A stretch of DNA of 64,000 bases from a virus. Taxonomy: Duplodnaviria > Caudoviricetes. A model generated the notes under the pieces. That model saw only the letters and a list, made by a program, of their open reading frames with translations, was not told where the DNA came from and ran no database searches. The DNA is taken from the IMG/VR virus record IMGVR_UViG_3300033069_001852. One strand, given 5' to 3'. The translations under genes and the position numbers were made by a program. Shown here piece by piece: positions 19,957 through 29,515 of this stretch; position 1 is the first letter of the stretch, and every line of letters starts with the position of its first letter.

Positions 19957-20483
19957 TTTAAATACCTGTCTTGAAATAATTTATTTCGCCGTGTCAATTC
20001 TGTGCCGTTCGCAAACCGCCGACATTCTTTCTTCGCTGCCGCCCAATCACCGTTTAATACGGCTTTGGTAAATTTGGGAAATTTATCCAATGAACCCAGA
20101 TTAAAAGCGAATTCTGTCAACATTTCCGATTGTTTAGACGAAAGCGGAATTTTAACCCCCAACTTAGACATATACTGCTTTACCACCCTCTGTGCTTGTT
20201 CCAGATCCTTTTTTAGTAATTTTTCCGCTTCACCATCGGTTATACCCGCAGTTAATCGACGTAATTCATCCTGGGCTTGAATTTTATGTCCCCAGGCAAT
20301 GGTGGGTAAACCACCCTCAAATGATTTGTGAGGATACCAACGTCCATCTCTAAAACCGGCTTTCGCAGCGTTCTCCAGATTTTTTACAAATTCTATAAAA
20401 TCGGAGGAGAAATTTTCCGCCGGTTGAATTTCCGCTTGGGGCATGTCAATCGCTTCCTCCAGTATTTTTTTCAGAGATATCAT
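19953..20483 (-). CDS. GH24 (phage-type) lysozyme
   Basis: LEN...GGLPTIAWGH, EAEKLLKKDL, FAFNLG, FPKF, LTRR. Leader MISLKKILEE. Confidence 0.85.
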   Translation of the reverse strand: MISLKKILEEAIDMPQAEIQPAENFSSDFIEFVKNLENAAKAGFRDGRWYPHKSFEGGLPTIAWGHKIQAQDELRRLTAGITDGEAEKLLKKDLEQAQRVVKQYMSKLGVKIPLSSKQSEMLTEFAFNLGSLDKFPKFTKAVLNGDWAAAKKECRRFANGTELTRRNKLFQDRYLK

Positions 20484-20489
20484 CGTTAA

Positions 20490-20538
20490 ATAAATATAGG
20501 TCGGTTATCTGCGATTACACCCAACATTGTATATTTAT
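20490..20538. promoter_or_regulatory. Divergent pair of ATATTTAT putative late-promoter motifs
   Basis: 20490-20497 (-) heads the lysozyme-to-2H operon and 20531-20538 (+) heads the neck operon. Representative of 16 exact copies at gene starts. Confidence 0.65.
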
Positions 20539-20561
20539 TTATGTAACAACACAACCTGATT

Positions 20562-21782
20562 ATGGCAGATTATAACACCGTCACCCAAACCAACCCACTT
20601 TTATTCGTCAGCGGGTCGCCGATTTTGGACCAGGACCGCATCCGTTGGCCCGGGTCTGGTTCAAATCCCCAAGCGCTTTTACCTTATGGGTTTTATAAAA
20701 ACGATGCGTTGTTCTTGAAAGACTGCCAATCCTCCGCAGTTTGGGCAGCCTATCGATTGGGTTTTCCTGTTCAAGACGTGGAAATGTTAGATGTTATGTT
20801 TTACGCGGCCTACGAAGAAGCGACGAATGCGTATGAGGCTCAGGTCAATCAATTTAACATTCGTAATTACATCGCTAATTTCCAAGGCCAGAGCGTTCAG
20901 TCCATCGGCAATCTGACCGGACAAGCGGTCGTGGGAACGCCGATGAGTCAAATCATTGCCTTGGCCGACTCCTACGGCGCTGAAGCTGGAGTCGGAGGTA
21001 CGGTGGATTGGAAAAAAGGCTTCGTCCTGACTTCACCATATCAACAAACCTATGATCTACAAGCCTTGTGGGGTGATGTTTCCGAAAGTTGTAATCGAAT
21101 TGAGATCAAAAGGATTTTTCACGACCGCACGCCGGCTTTTTCCCGTATCTACGACCCATTCAGTATGACGGGGATGAGTTATAGCAATATTTTCAACGAA
21201 CTGGGCTTTGGCGCATACTCCCCCGCGGTTCAGTTCCTGATGACGCCGATTTTTGAAGATTTATTACGGGGTCAAGCAATTGAGTTTAATGATATGGTGC
21301 GGAAGAGTCAATATTCTTTTGAAATCATAAACAACAAATTAAAACTATTTCCGATTCCTCAGGAAAGCATTCGTGTGTGGTTTGATTATATCGTGGAAAA
21401 AGATCGCACTGCGACCTCCGTCATTTCGGGATCCAACATCGTGTCCGACTATTCTAATATTCCATATCAAAATCTGATATATAGTCAGGTCAATGAAGTC
21501 GGCAAACAATGGATTCGCAAATATTTCCTTGCCTGTTGTAAGGAAACGTTGGGTATGGTGCGGCAAAAATACCAAAACATTCCGATTCCCGGAGGCGAAG
21601 TGACCCTGGACGGAGCAGAACTGCGCCAGGAAGCTCAGCAAGAAAAAGAAGCCTTGTTGGTGGAAATTCGTGAAAATTTAGAAGCCGCCGGGCGGAAACA
21701 GCAAATTCAGGACCGGGGGGAAGAAGCGGATAGTATTAACCGCACGCTTAGTAAAATTCCCCTCTTGGTATACGTAGGATAA
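20562..21782 (+). CDS. Neck/head-completion protein (T4 gp13-like)
   Basis: RLGFPVQDVEM near the N-terminus; WIRKYFLA..KETLG.VRQKY..IPIPGGEVTLDG near the C-terminus. Confidence 0.75.
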   Translation: MADYNTVTQTNPLLFVSGSPILDQDRIRWPGSGSNPQALLPYGFYKNDALFLKDCQSSAVWAAYRLGFPVQDVEMLDVMFYAAYEEATNAYEAQVNQFNIRNYIANFQGQSVQSIGNLTGQAVVGTPMSQIIALADSYGAEAGVGGTVDWKKGFVLTSPYQQTYDLQALWGDVSESCNRIEIKRIFHDRTPAFSRIYDPFSMTGMSYSNIFNELGFGAYSPAVQFLMTPIFEDLLRGQAIEFNDMVRKSQYSFEIINNKLKLFPIPQESIRVWFDYIVEKDRTATSVISGSNIVSDYSNIPYQNLIYSQVNEVGKQWIRKYFLACCKETLGMVRQKYQNIPIPGGEVTLDGAELRQEAQQEKEALLVEIRENLEAAGRKQQIQDRGEEADSINRTLSKIPLLVYVG

Positions 21783-21786
21783 AATT

Positions 21787-22260
21787 ATGGGCTTACATGG
21801 CAAATGGTTCTCACAAAGAGACATGCGGTTTATGGATAGTATCAATGCGGAATTAACCGGTGATGTCATTCAAACGGATGTCGTGCTTTTCAAGATTTGT
21901 CCTGGCGCAACACCGATAAACATCTACGGCGAATCAGACCCTGCGACCGGTAAAATGTATTATCCAGGCATCACGGCGACCTGTTTAATTGATAAGGAAG
22001 ATATCCGGGCTGAGTACAGTGAACACGGGATTGATAAGGAACAACCAGTGGAATTTCGTTTTCGGGAAAAACTTTTGAAAGAATTGAATTTTTATCCCCA
22101 AGAAGGCGACCTGGTCTTTTTCAATCAACGGTATTATGAAATTGATAATGTGATTCAGGAACAATTTATGGGCGGAGTGGCTAGTAAATCGCTTTCCATT
22201 AATGTTCGTACCCACTACACACGTCTAAGCCGCATTGGTTTGGTCGAAAGACAGCTATGA
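21787..22260 (+). CDS. Neck/head-closure protein (gp14-like)
   Basis: NIYGES and PQEGDLVFF..YYEI; directly follows the gp13-like gene. Confidence 0.6.
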   Translation: MGLHGKWFSQRDMRFMDSINAELTGDVIQTDVVLFKICPGATPINIYGESDPATGKMYYPGITATCLIDKEDIRAEYSEHGIDKEQPVEFRFREKLLKELNFYPQEGDLVFFNQRYYEIDNVIQEQFMGGVASKSLSINVRTHYTRLSRIGLVERQL

Positions 22261-22275
22261 TAGAAGGAACATAAT

Positions 22276-23553
22276 ATGGCATGGCAAGGTAATCCAGACA
22301 ACAATCAGCCAAATCCGATGCAGGAGGGGAGCAACCTTTCAGATCGGAAAAAAAGTCATTTCCCTCTTTCCGATGTGGAAAAAGACGGAGAAACCCGCGC
22401 TGTCCATACACGGCGGGACAATGATATTGTAAAAGATGTATCCGTCAAATTGATGGATATTGACACCATCATTTTAAATCATGTCGTGGACATGCAATTA
22501 AGTGTGGTGGACGACGGGTTAAATGTCAAAGTCCCCGTTTATTATTCCTCTCCGGAAAAGTGGAAGAGTGTTCAGAAAGATGGCGTTTTTCGTGATTACA
22601 ATGGAAAAATAATTTTACCTGCCATTGTTTTCCATCGGGAAACCAGTGAGAAGGATACCGCTCTAGCAACGTTCAATCGTTATTTGAGATATCCGGTTAT
22701 GAAGAAATATTCCACCAAGAACAAATACACTCCGTTCACGGCCCTGGCGGGTCAGAATGCTCCGGTGGATGAGATTTATGACGTGGTTTATCCGGACCAT
22801 ATGATCTTCACATACAAATTTATTCTCTGGACCGAATCGGTGGAACAAATGAATAAGTTGGTTGAACGGATTAGTTTTGAGACGGAGGATTATTGGGGTG
22901 CGCCCCGTGGTATGCGCTTGCGCACCCAAGTCGATTCATATTCCCACACGGTTGAACTCCAACCCGACGTGGACCGGCTTGTAAAAACTGATTTTAATTT
23001 AGTGGTTCATGGTTATTTATTACCGGAATCGTTTAATGTGGAATTCGCGCGGCGGCCTACCACGCGGAAGGTTTTAACGCCGAAGAAAGTTTTAATGGGT
23101 ATGGAAACGACAACTTCTACGTTTGACCCGAACGTGGTAGAAGATTATAGCAATAAATGGAGGAGCCAACGCTGGCCGAATTTACCAAAAATTGAGGAGC
23201 CATCGGGTGCGCCGATGGTCTGGGTGGACTCAGCTATTGGGTCGTCTGCGCCGAAAGATGTCGTTGATGCTTTTTTCAATATTTATAAATCGACGGTGGG
23301 TAAAATATCAATATTCAATATGTGGGCGTCTGTCCCAGCAAACTCCTCAGCCGCAGGCGCAGAGGGGCAGATTGCCATCGATGGTAGTTATCTTTACATC
23401 TATTCTGGCGGTGCCTGGCGCAGGATTGCGATCAGCGCGCCGAGTAGTCCTGGAGCTCCAGGCAATGAAGGACAAATGGCGGTTGATAGTGAATATTTTT
23501 ATATTTATTCAACAGGCAAATGGAGGAGGGTAGCCATTTCCCAATTCATATAA
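22276..23553 (+). CDS. Tail terminator/sheath stabiliser (gp15-like) with C-terminal duplicated module
   Basis: VPVYYSSPEKW, LPAI, Y.F.LWT...QMN.LVE. Two copies of GxEGQxAxD.xY.YIYS.GxWRRxAIS at the C-terminus. Confidence 0.6.
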   Translation: MAWQGNPDNNQPNPMQEGSNLSDRKKSHFPLSDVEKDGETRAVHTRRDNDIVKDVSVKLMDIDTIILNHVVDMQLSVVDDGLNVKVPVYYSSPEKWKSVQKDGVFRDYNGKIILPAIVFHRETSEKDTALATFNRYLRYPVMKKYSTKNKYTPFTALAGQNAPVDEIYDVVYPDHMIFTYKFILWTESVEQMNKLVERISFETEDYWGAPRGMRLRTQVDSYSHTVELQPDVDRLVKTDFNLVVHGYLLPESFNVEFARRPTTRKVLTPKKVLMGMETTTSTFDPNVVEDYSNKWRSQRWPNLPKIEEPSGAPMVWVDSAIGSSAPKDVVDAFFNIYKSTVGKISIFNMWASVPANSSAAGAEGQIAIDGSYLYIYSGGAWRRIAISAPSSPGAPGNEGQMAVDSEYFYIYSTGKWRRVAISQFI

Positions 23554-23558
23554 TTATT

Positions 23559-26500
23559 ATGCCAGGAGCAACACCATATTATTCCAAAGCTAAAGATGTA
23601 TTTCTCCAGCGGCGGACGGCGGACGGACATTTTGAAGAGTGGGGCGTGACCGTCCAACCCAATGCGGTCATCGCGACGGATGCGGCAAACAATGTTGTTT
23701 CCATTCCGATTTCTTCTCCCGTGTTTGGGGCAGGTACACCGTTAGCAACAGGGTCTACCTATCCAATAACATCAAGTTGGGCGGAATCTACCGTTATAGC
23801 GGTAAGCGCTTCATGGACCCCTAATTCATTGTCTGCTTCTTATGCGAACAATGCGACTTTAGCCGAACTGGCGACCAATGCCATTTTAGCCACGGATGCT
23901 AATTTTTCTATCAATGCAAGTTACGCTTCTCAGTCTATTAGCGCTTCTTACGCTCCGGTAGAACTAGATTTCAGTTCAAGTGTCAGTGATCAGATAAATA
24001 ACAAACAAACGATTATTGTTTCTGGCTCATCGTTTTATATTACCTCTAGCCAATCCGAAATATCAATATATTCTGTTCAAGCGGAATCTGCTTCTTGGGC
24101 ATCGAGCTCCTTAAACGCGTTAGCGGCCAATACGGCGGAAACTGCGTCTTTTTCAATTTATTCTTCTACGGCGGAAAGCGCATCTTATTCAGCCTATTCC
24201 CCTTCAGCGGAAAGTTCGTCTTATGCGATGTCTTCTTCTGCAGCGGCGAGCGCATCTTATTCAATTTATTCCTCCACGGCGGAAAGTTCGTCTTACGCAG
24301 CTTCGGCTTCTTGGGCGCCCTCCTCTACAATGGCGGGAAGTGCTTCCTGGGCTTCCAGTTCCTTAAGCGCGTCGTATATTAGTGTGGCAAATCTTCCAGC
24401 GCACACCGCTTCCTGGGCTAATAATTCAGTTAATTCTAATCGGGCTACTCAATCCTTGTTTGCTATTAGTTCAAGTTGGGCTTCCGCCTCCATATCCGCG
24501 AGCTATATCACGGCATCGAACATCGTCGGAGTCATGGTTACATCATCTTACGCCCACGCCGCGACCAGCGCGTCTTGGTGCGCAACAGGAAGTTATTTCT
24601 ATTATGTTTTTTACGATGTAACTCAATCACTGACTTATGTTGTTTCAGCGTCCTGGTCAACAAGTAGTTTTCGGGCTCAATTCGCAAGCCAGTCTATTTT
24701 AGCTATTAGTTCTTCATGGGCTTCCAGTTCATTGAGCGCTTCATACATCAATGTAAATAATCTTCCGAGCCACACCGCGAGCTGGGCATGGAATGCCTTG
24801 GATGCTGATCAAGCGAATTTAGCTACTCAAAGTATATTTGCTACTCAATCAATGTATGCGTTAAGTGCATCCTGGGCATCTAGTTCCCTGAGCGCGTCGT
24901 ATATTGCCGTAAACAATTTACCTGCTCACACTTCTTCCTGGGCTAATACCGCGAGTTTAGCTACAGCTATAAATTTTGTTCCAAGAACAAGTACGTTTAG
25001 CACGCAATCAATATATGCTACGCAATCAATATATGCTACGCAGTCGTCGTTCGCGTTAAGTGCTTCCTGGGCTTCTAGCTCCATCAGTAGTTCCTATACA
25101 ACCACCGCATCTTTTTGGAATAGCTCTAGCGTAATAACACTAATCAATACCAAACAGAGTAATTTAGAAACAGGTTCAACCATCCCATTTACTTCTAGTT
25201 GGGCAACCGATGTTGTGAATGATCGAATGGTGGTAACAGGAAGCACATATCCAATTACCGCAAGTTGGGCTAATACGGCTAGTTTTTGGAACTCCGGCTC
25301 AGTCGTCACGTCAATTAATACCAAGCAGAATAATATTGCTACTGGGTCTATAGTTCCCTTTACATCTTCATGGGCGCAAAATTCTTTTTCTGCGTCCCTT
25401 GCTTTAGCCGCCAACGTAACCAGTCAAGCGATTTACTCCAGTCAATCTGTTTTCTCCACACAAAGCTTGTGGGCAACTAATTCTTTAAATGCTGTAAGCT
25501 CGAGCCGAGCCTCTAGTTCATTAAGCGCGTCTTATGCGTTGACCGCGTCGTATGCCTTAAATGCCGGTGGTTCAGGAACGACTTTAAGCACAGGGAGTCT
25601 TTATCCGATAACGGCCAGTCAAGCGGTCAGTTCTTCACGGGCAGTGAGTTCGGTGTCTGCTTCATATTCCCTAACCGCATCTTATTCGCTTAACGGCGGA
25701 GGATCCGGGACAACATTAAACACTGGAAGTTTATATCCCATCACCGCGAGCCAAGCCATTTCCGCTTCTTATGCGCCAGGGAATCCATCCATTTCCGCTT
25801 CTTATGCGACTTCAGCGTCATATGCGTTATTTACCAGCACGGCCTTAACCGTTTCCGCATCGTGGGCTAGTCAATCCGCTTTTGCGCCAGTCATCTTTAG
25901 CAATGTTCAGGTAATCAATGGTCAGTTATTGATCCTAAGCACGGACACGAATACTTGGTATTCCCTTGGGGTCAGTGATGATGGTATGGGCTCGTATACG
26001 ACTAATTTGACTCCGACCACCAATACCGGAAGTTATTACGCCAGCGGCAGTTTTTATTACGCAACTATTACTAGTTCGGTTTCGGCGTCGTGGGCTTCCA
26101 GCTCCGTCTCAGCCTCCTATGCGTTAACGGCGTCCTATGCGCTTAACGGAGGAAGCGGTGGAGGTTCATCAATCTCTGCGTCCTGGGCATCTAGTTCCTT
26201 GAGCGCAAGCTATGTTACTTCTTATCAATCATATGTTATTTTGGCCACCGGGTCGGGGAATTGGATTACTTGTAGTTTCGGAACTACAAATCAACAAGTC
26301 AATTTAACCACCGCGTTAGCCTATAACTTAACCCACAGTAATATTGCGCCAGCCAATCAAGTGGCTGACACGTCGCTTTACATCAGCCATTCCGCCAATG
26401 CGACCAGTTCGTTAAATTTCCCAAGTACATGGAAAAATATCGGCAGCGGTTGGCCTTCTACTATCGCTGGTAATACTGTCGCCGTTGTCTGGCTCCGTTC

Positions 26501-28085
26501 AATTAACGCAGGCACGATCATTGGAACATATGGAGTATCAGGAAGCACTAGCACATCAAGTTATGTGTTAGTAACTTCATCAAGCTTTTCTTCAGCGTCT
26601 TTATCAGCAAGTTATGCTTTAACTGCTTCCTACGCATTAAACGGGGGCGGAGCAGGAATAATCGCCGGGGGTTCTTACAATATCAGTTCTAGTTGGGCAT
26701 CAGCCTCATTGAGCAGTTCATATTTAGCTCCGGGACAGACCTATAGTTTAATAATAACAAGTTCAACCAATTGGATCACCTGTAGTTTTGGAATCCCAAA
26801 TCAAGTTGTAAATTTACCGGCCGCATTAAATTATCGTTTTACCGCGAGTAACCTACCTATTACTGGTCAGGTAAACGATATAGCCCTATACATTAATCAC
26901 TCTGCGGCTGGATCTAGTTCACTTTCTTTCCCCACCAATTGGAAAAATGTTGGCGGAGGTTGGCCGGCAACTATTCAGTCGGGAACAGTCGGTGTTCTTT
27001 GGTTACGTGCCATTGACACCTCTTCAATCGTTGGTTCCTTTAGTGTTTCTGGTAGCATCAATTCCTCGGCAAGTTATGCGTTAACAGCCTCTTATGCGTT
27101 AAACGGAGGCGGCGCAGGAACTTCATTGAATACTGGAAGTTTATATCCAATAACGGCCAGCTGGGCAAAAACTTCCAGCGCAGTCACCATTACGGATATC
27201 GGTAATCCCAACACCGAATACGGCGTCGTTTTCGATGCCGGCACTGGTGGAAATTTAGCTCGCAACGGCGGAGGTACAAGCCTCTATTCCTTCAATCCTT
27301 CAACGGGTTCGTTTAAAGCTTCAGTTTTCATTGGCGACCTGACAGGAACTGCGGCACGAGCGACAACCGCGTCGATTCTTGTACCTAGCCAAAGTTACTC
27401 CCTAATAACAGTTGGGATTGGAAATAAAATTACTTGTAGTTTTAGTATTCCGAATCAAACCATAAGTTTGTCCACGGCTAGCATTTACAATTTTGTCGTT
27501 AGTGATTTACCACCATCAAATATGGTATCAGATGTTGGGTTGTTTATCTCTCATTCCGCAGCCAGTTCTAGTTCCTTGGTTTTTCCGAGCAACTGGAAAA
27601 ATATTGGTTCTGGTTGGCCGAGTAATATTGCAGGCGGAACGGTTGCGGTTCTTTGGTTACGTTCCATTGGCAATTCAATTATTGGGACCTATGGGGTGTC
27701 GGGAAGTTCAAGCGGAACGAGCAATTCTTCAAGTTCTAGTTCTACTTCTTCTTATTTACTATCATCTAACATTGGAGAGTATCGTTTCATATCAGCAAGC
27801 GCAAATGCTCTCACCACTTCCTCTCTGTTTACGGTTCAAACCGCGAGTTATGATGGATGCTTTTTCAATTACATAGCCAAGGGTGGTTCCAATCGCCGAG
27901 CGGGAATTTTTACTAGTATGTGGAGTGGTTCTTTAGTATCATTCAACGAAGTGCCCACGGCGGACTTGGGTGACGCATCGGCCTTGAATATAAATGTGGT
28001 TGTATCAGGACCAAATGTGGTATTCCAAGCAGAAAATTCGTCGGCGACAAATTATCAAATAAAAGCAAGCGTTACAAGCATGTAA
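23559..28085 (+). CDS. Giant modular fibre-like protein, paralog of 8367-14468
   Basis: SASWASSS/SASYA repeats, three xITCSF..WLR modules and one DIGNPN module. Start placed at the ATG at 23559, after the upstream stop. Confidence 0.75.
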   Translation: MPGATPYYSKAKDVFLQRRTADGHFEEWGVTVQPNAVIATDAANNVVSIPISSPVFGAGTPLATGSTYPITSSWAESTVIAVSASWTPNSLSASYANNATLAELATNAILATDANFSINASYASQSISASYAPVELDFSSSVSDQINNKQTIIVSGSSFYITSSQSEISIYSVQAESASWASSSLNALAANTAETASFSIYSSTAESASYSAYSPSAESSSYAMSSSAAASASYSIYSSTAESSSYAASASWAPSSTMAGSASWASSSLSASYISVANLPAHTASWANNSVNSNRATQSLFAISSSWASASISASYITASNIVGVMVTSSYAHAATSASWCATGSYFYYVFYDVTQSLTYVVSASWSTSSFRAQFASQSILAISSSWASSSLSASYINVNNLPSHTASWAWNALDADQANLATQSIFATQSMYALSASWASSSLSASYIAVNNLPAHTSSWANTASLATAINFVPRTSTFSTQSIYATQSIYATQSSFALSASWASSSISSSYTTTASFWNSSSVITLINTKQSNLETGSTIPFTSSWATDVVNDRMVVTGSTYPITASWANTASFWNSGSVVTSINTKQNNIATGSIVPFTSSWAQNSFSASLALAANVTSQAIYSSQSVFSTQSLWATNSLNAVSSSRASSSLSASYALTASYALNAGGSGTTLSTGSLYPITASQAVSSSRAVSSVSASYSLTASYSLNGGGSGTTLNTGSLYPITASQAISASYAPGNPSISASYATSASYALFTSTALTVSASWASQSAFAPVIFSNVQVINGQLLILSTDTNTWYSLGVSDDGMGSYTTNLTPTTNTGSYYASGSFYYATITSSVSASWASSSVSASYALTASYALNGGSGGGSSISASWASSSLSASYVTSYQSYVILATGSGNWITCSFGTTNQQVNLTTALAYNLTHSNIAPANQVADTSLYISHSANATSSLNFPSTWKNIGSGWPSTIAGNTVAVVWLRSINAGTIIGTYGVSGSTSTSSYVLVTSSSFSSASLSASYALTASYALNGGGAGIIAGGSYNISSSWASASLSSSYLAPGQTYSLIITSSTNWITCSFGIPNQVVNLPAALNYRFTASNLPITGQVNDIALYINHSAAGSSSLSFPTNWKNVGGGWPATIQSGTVGVLWLRAIDTSSIVGSFSVSGSINSSASYALTASYALNGGGAGTSLNTGSLYPITASWAKTSSAVTITDIGNPNTEYGVVFDAGTGGNLARNGGGTSLYSFNPSTGSFKASVFIGDLTGTAARATTASILVPSQSYSLITVGIGNKITCSFSIPNQTISLSTASIYNFVVSDLPPSNMVSDVGLFISHSAASSSSLVFPSNWKNIGSGWPSNIAGGTVAVLWLRSIGNSIIGTYGVSGSSSGTSNSSSSSSTSSYLLSSNIGEYRFISASANALTTSSLFTVQTASYDGCFFNYIAKGGSNRRAGIFTSMWSGSLVSFNEVPTADLGDASALNINVVVSGPNVVFQAENSSATNYQIKASVTSM
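25002..25042 (+). repeat. 18-nt tandem repeat (TQSIYA x2)
   Basis: ACGCAATCAATATATGCT twice, plus a partial third copy. Confidence 0.85.
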
Positions 28086-28129
28086 TATTTTAATTAAAAA
28101 TCCGAACATCGGACTATGTATAATCAGTT

Positions 28130-28408
28130 ATGAATACCCCTATAAAAATATCCGGCGACGAACTCGCCGAAATAAAAATGTTACAGAACAAGGTCAGCCA
28201 AAAAGTCTTTGAGTTCGGCAATTTAGGAATTGAGAAAATTGAAATTGACCGAGCGGTCCAATCCTTTGTGGAAAAAGATAAAAAGTTAAGAGAAGAATGG
28301 GATGGTTTACAAAGGATGGAACGGGAATTTGTGAACAAACTTATCAAGAAATACGGGGAAGGCGACCTGGATCTAAAAGAAGGCACTTTCACCCCCTCAC
28401 CAAAATAA
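28130..28408 (+). CDS. Small coiled-coil protein
   Basis: 92 aa, predicted helical, ending KKYGEGDLDLKEGTF. Confidence 0.7.
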   Translation: MNTPIKISGDELAEIKMLQNKVSQKVFEFGNLGIEKIEIDRAVQSFVEKDKKLREEWDGLQRMEREFVNKLIKKYGEGDLDLKEGTFTPSPK

Positions 28409-28474
28409 TGCGTACGGTTCTTGGTGTTTTATTTCTATATTTATACGCCAATTAATAGTGTAGTAACTCCAGAT

Positions 28475-29446
28475 ATGTGTAACGAAAAATTATTAAACTT
28501 ACCAACTTTAATGTCAGGTTCTAAAATGCGTATAAAATGGAATTCAAAAATTTCAGGGATTTATGCTTGGGTTAATGAATTAAATGGAAAAATGTATGTG
28601 GGACAAGCTACTAATTTCTATAGGCGGATTTATGATGAAATGAATGGTTTTAAGAATAATAAGGATCAAAATCTTAAAAAACTTTACAACGCAGTAAAGA
28701 AATATGGAATTTCTAATTTCAGGGTAATTAAGTTGTTGGAGTCCCCCGTGGTTTATTTGAATAAGTTGGAATGTCTTCTTATAGGATATTACGATACAAA
28801 AGAAAAAGGTTACAATTGTACGCTCGGTGGAGAAGGTAGTGTCAATCACATAGTAACCTCTGAACAAATAGAAAAACACAAACAAACTATGAACAAATAC
28901 TGGAATGAGGATCGGAGAACTATCCATTCCAATAAAATGAAAATTTGGTTTAACTCTAAAACAATCCGTGACCAAGAACGTATGATATCTGGAAACGGCT
29001 GGTGGTTAAATCCAGAAATAAAGGAAAAACATCTCTCCAACACCAGATCATCAATGACTAGTCGCCGAGTGGAACAACAAAAATTATCATTGAAGAAGTT
29101 CTATAAAACGAACAAAAATAAAAATTGTATGAATAGAGAAATAATCTCTCCGACGAATGATGTGGTAAAAATAAATGGATTGTGCTCGTTTTGTAAAATG
29201 TATAAAATAGGAATGAAAGGTATCGTGCGTGTTATTCGTGGAGAACACAAACATTACAAAGGATGGCACATAGACCCAGGGTTTGTATATATGCCTAACG
29301 TGGAGTACGTGCGGGATAATTCTGGTAGAATTCATTCCTTTACATCCATTTCACAGTTCTGTAAGAACAATGGGATCGATAGGGGAAATTTGAGAAAAGT
29401 GTTAAATGGGATAGGTAATTCGTGTGGAGGATTTCAAAAATTATAA
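28475..29446 (+). CDS. GIY-YIG homing endonuclease with NUMOD-like tail
   Basis: SGIYAWVNELNGKMYVGQA, GYNCTLGGEG and C-terminal FCK..I HTH-like repeats. Start uncertain, but downstream of the motif at 28437. Confidence 0.88.
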   Translation: MCNEKLLNLPTLMSGSKMRIKWNSKISGIYAWVNELNGKMYVGQATNFYRRIYDEMNGFKNNKDQNLKKLYNAVKKYGISNFRVIKLLESPVVYLNKLECLLIGYYDTKEKGYNCTLGGEGSVNHIVTSEQIEKHKQTMNKYWNEDRRTIHSNKMKIWFNSKTIRDQERMISGNGWWLNPEIKEKHLSNTRSSMTSRRVEQQKLSLKKFYKTNKNKNCMNREIISPTNDVVKINGLCSFCKMYKIGMKGIVRVIRGEHKHYKGWHIDPGFVYMPNVEYVRDNSGRIHSFTSISQFCKNNGIDRGNLRKVLNGIGNSCGGFQKL

Positions 29447-29515
29447 AAGAAAATATGTTTATGAATTTTTGAATATATTTATATTTAGTGGTAACCAAAA
29501 AGGAAAGATAATACA

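Noticed and set aside
23900-26250. CRISPR-like array in the recurring SASWASSS-coding DNA
   Set aside because: The units are degenerate at third codon positions, irregularly spaced and inside one long ORF.
8367-28085. Diversity-generating retroelement or invertase shufflon acting on the fibre repeats
   Set aside because: No reverse transcriptase or site-specific recombinase in the window. The repeats are in-frame coding modules, and I saw no adenine-specific mismatch pattern.
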